A stretch of DNA of 64,000 nucleotides from an uncultured Spirochaetota bacterium (lineage in GTDB: Bacteria; Spirochaetota; UBA4802; UBA5550), in the NCBI GenBank assembly GCA_963827275.1, contig CAWHAA010000010.1, positions 192,001 to 256,000 on the forward strand, read 5' to 3'. The position numbers and the translations under genes are program-made. The notes beneath the pieces were generated by a model, which was not told the DNA's origin, made no database searches, and worked only from the letters and a program-made list of their open reading frames with translations. Of the stretch, positions 9,797 to 19,374 are shown in pieces (position 1 is the first letter of the stretch; every line of letters starts with the position of its first letter).

Positions 9797-11494
9797 CTAT
9801 CCGATCAATTCCCGCACCTTCTCAACGAGATCGTCTTTTTTCACCTTCATCACATCCCCGCCCTTTCTCAGCTTCACCTCTGCCTCACCGGTCTGGAAGT
9901 AGGTCTTTCCCACGGTGATCCTCACCGGTATCCCGACAAGGTCCGCATCGGCGAACTTGATGCCGGGGCTCGCCCTGCGGTCGTCATAGAGCACATCAAT
10001 CCCCGCCGTGCAGAGCATATCGTATATCGCGTCGGTCGAAGCGGTCTCCTCATCGCTCTTGCCGAGCCCCACCAGGTGCGCGTCAAAGGGGGCAATCGAC
10101 GCCGGCCAGACGATGCCCTTCCCGTCGTTATGCTGCTCCACTACCGCCGCCATGGTGCGGTTCACGCCGATGCCGTAGCACCCCATGACGGGCGTGACCT
10201 TCCCGCCGTTTTCATCGAGCACGGTTACGTTCATGGATTTTGTATATTTATATCCGAGCTTGAATATGTGCCCCACCTCGATCCCCTTCTTCACATACAT
10301 GGGAGCGCCGCACCGCGGGCACGCGTCGCCCTCCTCCGCGCAGGTGATGTCCGCCTCTTCCCTGATGATGAAATCGCGGCCCGGGTTCACTCCGTCGAAA
10401 TGCACGTCTTTTTTGTTCGCCCCGGTTATGCCGTTCGCGATATTCTTCACCGTTATATCGAATATGATCCTGATGTCCTTCTTTGTCACCGGGCCGGCAA
10501 ACCCCACCGGTGCGCCGGTGACTTCCTCCACGACCTGGTCCGGCGCAAGATCAAGCTGTACCGCGCCGGCCGCGCGGGCCAGCTTCTGCTCGTTGATCTC
10601 GCGCCCGCCGGGCACGACCGCCATGACGGGCGCGCCGTCCGCCTCGTAAATAATGCTTTTCAGGAAGCGGTCAGGCTCGCACGCGAAGAAGCGGGCCAGC
10701 TCGTCAATGGTCTTCACATCGGGCGTGGGGACCTCCGTCATCTCCTTTTTCTGCACGTCAGGAGCGGCGTCCGCGCGCCGGTACTCCGCCTTTTCACGGT
10801 TGGCCTTGTACCCGCACCCGCCGCAGAGCAGGAGCGTCTCCTCGCCCACCTCCGACGCGACCATGAACTCCTCCGAGTTGCTGCCGCCCATGGCGCCGGT
10901 GTCCGCCTCGACCGGTATGGTGTCAAGCCCGCACCGCTCGAACACGCGGCGGTACGCGGACCTCATTGCCTGGTACGAAGCCTCAAGGCCCTTCTCGTCC
11001 ATGTCGAATGAATAGGCGTCCTTCATGATGAATTCCTTGCTCCGTATCACGCCGAAGCGCGGCCGTATTTCGTCGCGGAACTTGGTGTTGATCTGGTAGA
11101 CGTTGACCGGGAGGTCGCGGTATGACGAGATGATGCCGCGCACCGCGCCGGTGAAGGCTTCCTCGTGTGTCGGCGCCAGCGCGTATTCCTGCCCGTTGCG
11201 GTCGCGGATGCGGAACATCTCCGGGCCCATGCTGTCCCAGCGCCCCGACTCCTTCCAGAGGTCCGCCGCGGTCAGCTCGGGCATCAGGAACTCGAGGGCG
11301 CCGGCCCGGTCCATCTCCTCGCGCACGATGCCGATTATCCTGCGCAGCACGCGCCAGCCCAGCGGCAGGTATACGTACATGCCTGCCGATTCCTTGCGGA
11401 CCAGGCCCGCGCGCACCATGAGGCGGTGGCTCAGCACCACCGCGTCGGAGGGGTCTTCTTTCAGTGTGGGGAGGATGTATCTGGATAGTCTCAT
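9797..11494 (-). CDS. proS: Proline--tRNA ligase (with editing insertion)
   Basis: LAPTHEE, KFRDEIRPRFG, GIEVGHIFKLG, MGCYGIGVNR. Confidence 0.98.
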   Translation of the reverse strand: MRLSRYILPTLKEDPSDAVVLSHRLMVRAGLVRKESAGMYVYLPLGWRVLRRIIGIVREEMDRAGALEFLMPELTAADLWKESGRWDSMGPEMFRIRDRNGQEYALAPTHEEAFTGAVRGIISSYRDLPVNVYQINTKFRDEIRPRFGVIRSKEFIMKDAYSFDMDEKGLEASYQAMRSAYRRVFERCGLDTIPVEADTGAMGGSNSEEFMVASEVGEETLLLCGGCGYKANREKAEYRRADAAPDVQKKEMTEVPTPDVKTIDELARFFACEPDRFLKSIIYEADGAPVMAVVPGGREINEQKLARAAGAVQLDLAPDQVVEEVTGAPVGFAGPVTKKDIRIIFDITVKNIANGITGANKKDVHFDGVNPGRDFIIREEADITCAEEGDACPRCGAPMYVKKGIEVGHIFKLGYKYTKSMNVTVLDENGGKVTPVMGCYGIGVNRTMAAVVEQHNDGKGIVWPASIAPFDAHLVGLGKSDEETASTDAIYDMLCTAGIDVLYDDRRASPGIKFADADLVGIPVRITVGKTYFQTGEAEVKLRKGGDVMKVKKDDLVEKVRELIG

Positions 11495-11744
11495 GCTGTC
11501 ACCTGCTCTCTGTGTGCGGGTCCATGCCCCGAACCGATAAATTTGCTGTCAGCCTGACACGGGATGCGGCATGTCACGACGAGCAGGCGACACGGATGTC
11601 GCCGGCAGCCCCGTTATACATGGATGTATATACGGGGCGGAGCGAGTGTGATATGCCGCATCCCCTATGCCGGCAAAAAAGTCCTTGCGTTACATGATCA
11701 GTACACCTGAAAATCCATGTCAATACTTTTTGGATACCCGTACC

Positions 11745-12443
11745 ATGCACCGCATAGCAATAATCAACCCCGACGCGTCCGAGGGGATACGAAAAAATTT
11801 GATGGGACTCGACCTTGAGCCGATACCCGTGCCGAAGAGTGCCCTGGTTCCACGCCCGATTTCCGGCCATCCGGACCTGCAGGTCTTCGTCCATGACGGC
11901 CGGGTCTTCTGCCATCCGGATATTTCACCCTCATTCATTTCAAGCATTGAAAAAAACGCCGAGGTCATCGTGTGCGGGACCCGGCTTGCCGGGGATCACC
12001 CGGGCGACATTCCGTACAATATCGCCTGCGCCGGCGGCCGCGCCTTTCATCACCGAACCGTGATCGATCCGACCATCAGGGAGTACCTGGACGCACATCA
12101 CATCACCCGCATCGCCGTGCGCCAGGGCTATGCGAAATGCTCTGCGATGATCGTTGATGACAGCGCCATTGTGACCTCCGATGTTTCCATACATGGGGCA
12201 GCCGCCGCATCGGGGATTGCATCGCTCCTGATACGCCCCGGGTCTATTGAATTGCCCGGATACAGGTATGGATTTATCGGCGGGGCGACCGGCACGCTGG
12301 AAGACGCGGTGCTCTGCACCGGCGGGCTTGAACATCATCCTGATTATGAAAATATATCGGCGTTTATCGCGGGGCGGGGTAAAAAATTCGTCCCTCTCGA
12401 CCGCGGTCCCGCGATCGACCTGGGAACCATTTTCATCATATGA
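11745..12443 (+). CDS. Hypothetical protein, DUF6873-like (amidinotransferase/GME fold)
   Basis: ISGHPDL, DIPYN, QGYAKCS, YGFIGGATG, IDLGTI; family recalled from motifs. Confidence 0.6.
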   Translation: MHRIAIINPDASEGIRKNLMGLDLEPIPVPKSALVPRPISGHPDLQVFVHDGRVFCHPDISPSFISSIEKNAEVIVCGTRLAGDHPGDIPYNIACAGGRAFHHRTVIDPTIREYLDAHHITRIAVRQGYAKCSAMIVDDSAIVTSDVSIHGAAAASGIASLLIRPGSIELPGYRYGFIGGATGTLEDAVLCTGGLEHHPDYENISAFIAGRGKKFVPLDRGPAIDLGTIFII

Positions 12444-12482
12444 GCGGCGGCGCCCCGGCGGCGCCGCGCCCTTCCTGCATGG

Positions 12483-12935
12483 TCATTTTGTCAGCTTGAA
12501 GCTCGTATTGTATTCAACGTAGGTCTGCGCCACCATGTCCCGTATGGTGATCTTGACCGCGCAGACACCGGCCTGCTGAACGGACCCTATCGGGATCTGG
12601 AAATACATGGGGACCATGTCCTCGTTGGTCGTCGACCCGTCGACAAGGTTTTTCTTTTCAAGGCTGAGGGCCGGGACGCTGAGGTCGGCCTGCACGATAA
12701 CGAGGTTCTCGTCATTTGGACTGAGCCCCTTCATCTCGAGGTTGATGAAAACCGTCTCCCCGGCCTTGAAGATCTTGTCCTGTTTCATCGGGCCGTATTT
12801 TTCAAGGGATATGCTCGTGAGGTTGACCTTTATCACCTTTGATTTTTGAAATTGGGCCGGCACCGGCTGGTCCTGGGCCGAAATCGACACCGAAATCAAC
12901 AATAACGCAGCCAGAGAGAGCGGTAATCGTTTCAT
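12483..12935 (-). CDS. Exported hypothetical protein (beta-rich)
   Basis: Signal peptide MKRLPLSLAALLLISVSISA; GGAG upstream. Confidence 0.65.
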   Translation of the reverse strand: MKRLPLSLAALLLISVSISAQDQPVPAQFQKSKVIKVNLTSISLEKYGPMKQDKIFKAGETVFINLEMKGLSPNDENLVIVQADLSVPALSLEKKNLVDGSTTNEDMVPMYFQIPIGSVQQAGVCAVKITIRDMVAQTYVEYNTSFKLTK

Positions 12936-13034
12936 TAAAATTCTCCACAAATTGAATATTATTTCCTGGTTCTTCTTTCCATAACCATATAAAAAATAGT
13001 CGAAATTTTCAACTCATTTTTTTATGATGCCTGT

Positions 13035-13589
13035 ATGAAAGAGACTATCCCTGTCCCGTCAGAGGACGAATGCTTTGCGATCATGAAGCGCTACAACATG
13101 CGCGACAACATTATGCGTCACTCGGTGCAGGTGATGAACGTCGCCATGGCGCTGGTGGCAAACCTCCGCGACCCGGGCACGGTGCAGCCGGGCCTGGTGC
13201 GGGCAGGAGCGCTCCTCCATGACATCGCGAAGACGAGGACTATCGAGACGAAGGAGATGCGCCACGACACGATCGGCGGGGAGATCATGCGCGGGCTGGG
13301 ATACGGCGCGATCGCGGAGATCGTCGAGTCCCATGTCGTGTTCGAGGGCTTCCGTCCCGACGGCGTACTCGAGGCGCGCGAGCTCGTTTTTTACGCCGAC
13401 AAGCGGGTCATGCACGAGTCGATCGTATCGATCGACGCGCGGGTCGATGACCTGGTGGAGCGCTACGGGGTGAACGAGCGGATCGTGAAGCTTATCACGG
13501 AGAACAAGGACTTCGTGCTGGAGGTCGAGAGGAAGATACAGGGCTTCCTCGTCCGGGACATCGGCGAAATAGTGGCCGGCCTATGCTGA
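13035..13589 (+). CDS. HD-domain phosphohydrolase
   Basis: RHS..V, GALLHDIAK, H..IG, VESH, YADKRV. Confidence 0.9.
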   Translation: MKETIPVPSEDECFAIMKRYNMRDNIMRHSVQVMNVAMALVANLRDPGTVQPGLVRAGALLHDIAKTRTIETKEMRHDTIGGEIMRGLGYGAIAEIVESHVVFEGFRPDGVLEARELVFYADKRVMHESIVSIDARVDDLVERYGVNERIVKLITENKDFVLEVERKIQGFLVRDIGEIVAGLC

Positions 13590-15232
13590 GGTACTGCATC
13601 CTCGACTGCTACGTGGATGAGCCTGCCTGCTTCGGGGTCCCTCCCTTCATCTCCCCCTACCCCCGCTACATGTACGGCGCCCTCGTGGACGCCGGCGCCG
13701 ATGAATCAGCGATCGTTTACCGTACCATAGACACGCTCAGGGAACGCGAGTACCGGCTGGATGAGACCTACGCAATGGTATTCCTCGTGGGCGGGGCGGT
13801 CGTGCCCGGCAGGTACCTCGGGAGCAAAATCGGGACTGCCGCCGAGATACGGCGCATCGCGGAGCGCAACCCCCGCCAGGACTTCGCCGTCGGCGGCCTG
13901 ATAAGCCACGTGCTGCAAGGAGCCCCCAACGTCACGCTCGTAAGAAACGACATAGAGAAGTTCGCTCATTGCTACGCCCGCGGCGCCGCGTCGGACGCGC
14001 GCCGTACGGCCGCCGAGATAGCCCGGTGGTCACTGCCCGGTGCCGCGGTGGTGCGGCGCCATCCCCGGTTCCCCCACGTCATCTGCGAGATAGAGACCTC
14101 GCGCGGGTGCCCCCGGGAGAACCACTGCGCCTTCTGCTCGGAAGGACTGTTCGGGCCTGTTGAATTCAGGGAGCCGGAAGATATCATCGCGGAAATCGAC
14201 GCCCTGATCGCCGCCGGCGTCTCGCGGTTCAGGCTTGGCCGCCAGGCCGACATCCTCCAGTACCGGTCAGACTGCTCTTCGTATACCGACGGCTTCCCGA
14301 GGCCCGTGACCGGGCCGATACGGCAGCTCCTGGCCGCGCTGCGCGCGCGGGGCGACCGCGGGCTCATACGCGTCCTGAACATCGACAACGCCAATCCCGG
14401 CACGATCGCCCGCTTCCCGGAGGAAGCGTCGGTCATACTGGAGGACCTTGCCGCGACCGTCACCCCGGGCGACACGCTGGCCCTGGGCGTCGAATCGTTC
14501 GATGAGCGCGTTGTCCGCGCAAACAACCTCAAGGTATCCGCCGAAGGCGCCGCCCGGGCCATCGAAATCATCAACGGCATCGGCGGGACCAGGCGCGGCG
14601 GGCTTCCCGCCCTCCTCCCCGGCGTGAACCTCCTCCACGGCCTCGATGGAGAAACGGACGGCACCTTTGAGATCAATTACCGCTGCCTCGCGGAAATCAT
14701 GCAGCGGGGACTTCTTGTCAAGCGGATCAACATCCGCCAGGTCCTTCCCTTTCCCGGGACGCCGCATTACGGAAAAAGGACCCGCGCCTCGACCGCGATC
14801 GAAAACAGGTTCAGGTATTACCGGGATAAAATACGTTCGGACATAGAAAATCCGATGCTCGGAAAGATATATCCGCCGGGCACCGTCCTCCGTGACAGCC
14901 AGGTGCTGGAAACCAGGGCGGGATACTCCTATGGCAAGCAGATCGCCAGCTACGCCATCACGGCGAAGTTCCCCCTCGAGCTCCCTTTGATGGGCTTCCT
15001 TGACGCGATGGTGGTGGACCACCGCGAGCGTTCGCTCACGGCGCTCCCCTTTCCCGCTGATATAAACACCCTGCCGCAGAAGGCGCTTGAGCTGGTGCCG
15101 GGCATCGGTAAAAAGAGGGCGGCGGATATCATTCTCAAAAGGCCTTTCAGGAACCTCGACGAGGCGCGGGAGATGCTGGGGGACGTTGCGGAGGATGTCA
15201 AGAAGGGGATGATGGCGGGATCCCGGCACTGA
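13583..15232 (+). CDS. Radical SAM protein with C-terminal helix-hairpin-helix (COG1031-like)
   Basis: DEPACFGVPPFISPYPRY, ETSRGCPRENHCAFC, DINT..LELVPGIGKKRA. Confidence 0.85.
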   Translation: MLRYCILDCYVDEPACFGVPPFISPYPRYMYGALVDAGADESAIVYRTIDTLREREYRLDETYAMVFLVGGAVVPGRYLGSKIGTAAEIRRIAERNPRQDFAVGGLISHVLQGAPNVTLVRNDIEKFAHCYARGAASDARRTAAEIARWSLPGAAVVRRHPRFPHVICEIETSRGCPRENHCAFCSEGLFGPVEFREPEDIIAEIDALIAAGVSRFRLGRQADILQYRSDCSSYTDGFPRPVTGPIRQLLAALRARGDRGLIRVLNIDNANPGTIARFPEEASVILEDLAATVTPGDTLALGVESFDERVVRANNLKVSAEGAARAIEIINGIGGTRRGGLPALLPGVNLLHGLDGETDGTFEINYRCLAEIMQRGLLVKRINIRQVLPFPGTPHYGKRTRASTAIENRFRYYRDKIRSDIENPMLGKIYPPGTVLRDSQVLETRAGYSYGKQIASYAITAKFPLELPLMGFLDAMVVDHRERSLTALPFPADINTLPQKALELVPGIGKKRAADIILKRPFRNLDEAREMLGDVAEDVKKGMMAGSRH

Positions 15233-15249
15233 CCTGCACCGGTTTTATT

Positions 15250-15413
15250 CCCCCCTGTCCCCCGTAGGGGGCACGAATCAGCGGACTGAATATCGATTTA
15301 GCTTTTGATACGATAACGTAAGAGTTATATAGGAAAGGTTTGATTCTGCATGCCCCCTCCGGGGGACAGGGGGTCGGTTTGATCCTTCACGCCCCCTCCG
15401 GGGGACGGGGGGG
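15250..15413. repeat. Three REP-like GC-rich palindromic units
   Basis: GCCCCCT(C/A)CGGGGGAC(A/G)GGGGG core: inverted copy at 15250-15273, direct copies in units starting 15337 and 15376 (39-nt period). Confidence 0.75.
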
Positions 15414-15423
15414 CGTCTCACTA

Positions 15424-15750
15424 TCAGTACTTCTTCCTCTCCCGGTTGTGGTTGAGGCGGTTCATGACATAGAGCGCGGCGTAGGCCCCGATGAACCCCG
15501 CGATCACATCGACGCCGATGGTCATCGAGAGGAACTCAAGGATTTTCGCGACGATATTAAAGAACAAGAAATCGAGAACGTACACCCCGATGATGGCGCC
15601 TATGGTGCCGACGACGAGCCCGCCGACATATCCCCCGAAGAGGTCCCTTCTCTTCATGTTGTAATAGATGGACGAAACCAGCGCACCGAGGGCCACGCAA
15701 ATGGCGATGGCTTTCAACACATTTAAAAAACTCCACAATCCTTCCGGCAT
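15424..15750 (-). CDS. Small Gly-rich membrane protein (GlsB/YeaQ/YmgE-like)
   Basis: Hydrophobic helices, GGLVVGTIGAIIG. Confidence 0.65.
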   Translation of the reverse strand: MPEGLWSFLNVLKAIAICVALGALVSSIYYNMKRRDLFGGYVGGLVVGTIGAIIGVYVLDFLFFNIVAKILEFLSMTIGVDVIAGFIGAYAALYVMNRLNHNRERKKY

Positions 15751-15863
15751 GATGCAACCTCTCTGCTTCTATCGCGCCGGCCCGCGCTGCGCGCACCGGC
15801 CGGACAAAATTATTCCATAAAAAACATGGTGCACATAATCAGCACCACGGCGGACATGTCCAT

Positions 15864-16469
15864 CTAAAAAAATATTTCTCCCTTGCCTTCCCTGATGACG
15901 ACCGGCTCACCCTCGGTGAGATCAACGACCGTTGACGGCCGTGACACCTTCGGGCCGGCGTCTATGACCAGGTCCACCTCGTTCCGGTATATCTTCTCGA
16001 GGTCTTTCGGCTCCACGATGTACTCCCCGCTTACGGAGTTCACGCTTGCCGACATGATGGGCCTGCCCAGCGCGCGCACCAGATCGAGCGCGATGTTGTT
16101 GTCGGGGATCCTTACCCCGATCGTTTTCTGGTTCGTGATGGCTATCCGCGGCACCAGCCTGGTCGCCTTGAAAACCAGCGTGTACGGGCCCGGGAATGCC
16201 TTCTTCATTATTTTAAACGCCCTGTCTGATATGTTTCTGGCATATTCGCTTATACCGGAAATATCGCTGAACATGAAACTCAGCGGCTTGTTGCGGCCGA
16301 TTCTTTTTATCCAGTATATCTTTTCAATTGCATGCTTGTTGTTGATATCGCACCCGTAGGCATACACCGTGTCAGTCGGGAAAATGATCACGCCGCCTTC
16401 CTTCAGCACTTCCACGGCCTTCTCGATCAGCCGCTTCTGCGGATTCTGTTCATTAATTACAAAAATCAT
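15864..16469 (-). CDS. Sua5/YciO/YrdC family protein (threonylcarbamoyl-AMP synthase family)
   Basis: IFPTDTVYA, PGPYT, TIGVRIPD, SASVN, PSTVVD, REGKG. Confidence 0.92.
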   Translation of the reverse strand: MIFVINEQNPQKRLIEKAVEVLKEGGVIIFPTDTVYAYGCDINNKHAIEKIYWIKRIGRNKPLSFMFSDISGISEYARNISDRAFKIMKKAFPGPYTLVFKATRLVPRIAITNQKTIGVRIPDNNIALDLVRALGRPIMSASVNSVSGEYIVEPKDLEKIYRNEVDLVIDAGPKVSRPSTVVDLTEGEPVVIREGKGEIFF

Positions 16470-16574
16470 CCTTATTTCTCATTGCGCAATATATACTACA
16501 TTATCGTACAGGAGTAAGTATAAATTTAATTAAACAAAAACATCTTTTAAGTCAGGGGAATGATGCGGACAAAC

Positions 16575-16613
16575 AAAAAAGGCTTTTGCAGGAGTGCGCG
16601 CTGCAAAAGCCTT
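16575..16613 (-). terminator. Strong intrinsic terminator with no upstream minus-strand CDS
   Basis: AAGGCTTTTGCAG / CTGCAAAAGCCTT perfect inverted repeat, T tract on the minus strand. Confidence 0.7.
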
Positions 16614-16862
16614 CAACCTGGTAAATTATGATAGGAGTGTATCATTAATAATCATTAGTATGATCGGGCGTAATGAGGAATTACTTGATTACTTTTTTGG
16701 ATGAATTTTTAAAAATTTATTATATTACATTGAATTTGTTGATTCTCGCCCCCTCCATGCGACGGGGGATTCAAGAATGATCGCACATGTGTTGAAAAAA
16801 AATGCTTGCTAAAATAAAATCGAGCGACTATTGGAACATATGCAACGAGGAGGCTTTTCCCG

Positions 16863-17228
16863 ATGAAAAAATTTCTCTTTCTCCTGCTCATCCCGGCCGC
16901 GCTCTACTGCAACGGGAAGCCGAAAATCGTATTCGATACGCCCACGCACGATTTCGGCAAGCAGGAACAGAATGTTGAATTGAAACATATTTTTATCTTC
17001 AAAAATGCCGGCGACGGGACACTCCTGATAGATAAAATAGTTCCCGGTTGAGGCTGCACCGGCGTCCTTCTCTCAAAGAAGGACATCCCTGCCGGAGGCA
17101 GCGGACAGATTGAAGTTTCATTAAAAACCGGCTCACATACCGGAAGGATCAGCAAATCGATCATGGTATATTCAAATGATCCGGCACAGAAAACCGTCAG
17201 GCTGGTCATATCGGCCGATGTAAAATAG
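16863..17228 (+). CDS. DUF1573-family lipoprotein, candidate selenoprotein (TGA 17049-17051 = Sec, UGC motif)
   Basis: GAGGAGG RBS; DFG..F.FKN.G...L.I..IVPG-TGA-GCTG....IPAGGSGQI...KSIMVYSNDP; frame stays open to TAG 17226-17228 (121 aa). Confidence 0.8.
17059..17095 (+). promoter_or_regulatory. Putative SECIS-like hairpin
   Basis: GTCCTTCT-CTCAA-AGAAGGAC (17064-17084) begins 12 nt after the TGA; outer CCGGC/GCCGG pairing. Confidence 0.5.
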
Positions 17229-17232
17229 GATT

Positions 17233-19374
17233 GTGACCGCGGTGGCGACCCTGAAAACCCTGCCCGGATCTCCGCTCCCGCCGGGAGCGCACTTCACCAG
17301 GAACGGCGTCCAGTTCTCACTATTCAGCAGGCACTGCACGTCGGTAACGCTGCTCCTGTTTGAAACCGATGAGCCTGACGCGAACTACACCGAGGTGCCG
17401 CTTGACCCGGACATCAACCGGACGGGCGACATCTGGCATATACTGGTGGAGGGGATCGAGGAAGGCCAGCTTTACGGCTACCTCATCGACGGGCCCTATG
17501 ATCCGCCCGCGGGCCAGCGCTACAACAAGAACAAGCTCATCCTCGACCCGTGCGCCCGGGCCATCACCGGCACGCGCCGGTGGGACCTCACCATGGCGCA
17601 GGGATATGATGAGCACTCGCCCGACCTGGACCTTTCCTTTTCACGGACCAGCAGCATTCCCTTCATGCCCCGCTGCGTCGCGATCGACCGGCCGATGGTG
17701 CTGCACGGCACGCCGCTCAGCGTACCGGAGCGGGACTGCATCATTTACGAGCTGCACGTCAGGGGGTTCACCTGCCACCGGTCGTCAGGAGTCGGGCGCG
17801 GCGGCACCTTTCGCGGCCTTGTTGAAAAAATTCCCTACCTGAAAGATCTCGGCGTCAACGCCGTCGAGCTTATGCCGGTGCAGGAGTTCGACGAGGACGA
17901 GAACACGAACATAAACCCGCTCACCGGGGAGAAGCTCAAGAATTACTGGGGCTACAGCACCATCGCCTTCTTCGCGCCGAAGGGCTCCTACTCCGCGTCG
18001 GGGAGCATGGGGGAGCAGGTACGCGAATTCAGGGAGATGGTCACCGCCTTTCATGACGCGGGGATCGAGGTGATACTGGACGTCGTGTTCAACCACACGG
18101 CCGAGGGCGACGAGACCGGCCCCACCCTCTCCTTCCGCGGGATCGACAACTCGATCTATTACATCCTGAAAGAAGACCGCCGCTATTACACGAACTTCTC
18201 CGGATGCGGCAACACCTTCAACTGCAACCACCCCCTGGTGCGCGAATTCATACTCGAGGCGCTCCGCTACTGGGTCATCGACATGAACGTGGACGGGTTC
18301 CGCTTTGACCTTGCTTCCATCCTGGGGCGCGACCAGAACGGCAGCATCATGAGCAACCCGCCGCTCCTCGAGACGATCAGCGAGGACCCGATTCTCAGGA
18401 ACTGCAAGATCATCGCCGAGGCGTGGGACGCCGCCGGGGCCTACCAGGTGGGAGAATTCCCCGGCCGCTGGGCCGAATGGAACGGCAAGTACCGCGACGA
18501 CGTGCGGCGGTTCTGGTGCGGGGAGGAGAACAGCGTCGGCTATTTTGCCACCCGCGTCACCGGCAGCTCCGACCTGTACGGCGACTCGCCCAACGGCCCG
18601 CTCCAGAGCATCAACTTCGTCACCTGCCACGACGGGTTCACCCTGAACGACCTGGTGAGCTACCAGCGCAAGCGGAACATCGAAAACGGCGAGAATGACA
18701 AAGACGGGGAGGAGAACAACGCGACCTGCTGCATCGGCGCCGAGGGGCCTGACCGCTCGCCGGCGGTCACGAAGCAGCGGCTGAAGCAGATAAAGAACTT
18801 CATCGCAACGCTCTTCCTCTCCCAGGGGATCCCCATGCTCCTGGCGGGCGATGAGTTCAGGAGGACCCAGAAGGGCAATAACAACGCCTACTGCCAGGAC
18901 AACGAGATCTCCTGGGTCGACTGGAGGCTCATGGAGGAAAACCGGGACCTCCTGCGCTTCACCCGCGAGATGATACGGTTCAGGCAGCGCCACCCCGTCC
19001 TGAGAAAAGGGAGCTTTTTCGCCGGCGCCGCGCATGGCGGCATAAGCGCCCCGGACATTGCCTGGCACGGGCACCATGTGAACGAGCCGGACTGGACCCC
19101 GTCAAGCCGCTCAATAGCAATGCTCATCAACGGCGAATACGCCGGGCTGACCGGCGACGCCTCCGATAATGATCTGTACGTGATTTTCAACGCGGCAGGA
19201 TCGGACCGCGTGTTCGATATTCCCGAAGCCCCGTCGGGCAAAGGATGGAGGGTGGCGGTCGATACCGCCAAGGACTCGCCCGAAGAAATTTACTCCGATG
19301 GGAAAGGACCGCTCATAAAGAAAAACCGCTACCCGGTGGGCAGGCTGTCCACCGTGGTGCTGGTCAGTGATTAG
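17233..19374 (+). CDS. glgX: Glycogen debranching enzyme (GH13 isoamylase)
   Basis: IIYELHVRGFT, NYWGY, DVVFNHTAEG, DGFRFDLAS, IAEAWD, TCHDGFTL, GNNNAYCQDNE. Confidence 0.97.
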   Translation: MTAVATLKTLPGSPLPPGAHFTRNGVQFSLFSRHCTSVTLLLFETDEPDANYTEVPLDPDINRTGDIWHILVEGIEEGQLYGYLIDGPYDPPAGQRYNKNKLILDPCARAITGTRRWDLTMAQGYDEHSPDLDLSFSRTSSIPFMPRCVAIDRPMVLHGTPLSVPERDCIIYELHVRGFTCHRSSGVGRGGTFRGLVEKIPYLKDLGVNAVELMPVQEFDEDENTNINPLTGEKLKNYWGYSTIAFFAPKGSYSASGSMGEQVREFREMVTAFHDAGIEVILDVVFNHTAEGDETGPTLSFRGIDNSIYYILKEDRRYYTNFSGCGNTFNCNHPLVREFILEALRYWVIDMNVDGFRFDLASILGRDQNGSIMSNPPLLETISEDPILRNCKIIAEAWDAAGAYQVGEFPGRWAEWNGKYRDDVRRFWCGEENSVGYFATRVTGSSDLYGDSPNGPLQSINFVTCHDGFTLNDLVSYQRKRNIENGENDKDGEENNATCCIGAEGPDRSPAVTKQRLKQIKNFIATLFLSQGIPMLLAGDEFRRTQKGNNNAYCQDNEISWVDWRLMEENRDLLRFTREMIRFRQRHPVLRKGSFFAGAAHGGISAPDIAWHGHHVNEPDWTPSSRSIAMLINGEYAGLTGDASDNDLYVIFNAAGSDRVFDIPEAPSGKGWRVAVDTAKDSPEEIYSDGKGPLIKKNRYPVGRLSTVVLVSD

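Noticed and set aside
15250..15413. CRISPR array
   Set aside because: Only three units, one inverted, almost no spacer between the tandem copies, no cas genes
16904..17209. 101-aa minus-strand ORF
   Set aside because: Antisense to the DUF1573 read-through gene, which has the RBS, signal peptide and family motifs
17785..19077. Long antisense ORFs (also 823..1854, 9698..11011, 14267..15229, 61688..62908)
   Set aside because: Shadows of real genes with strong codon bias; no recognisable motifs
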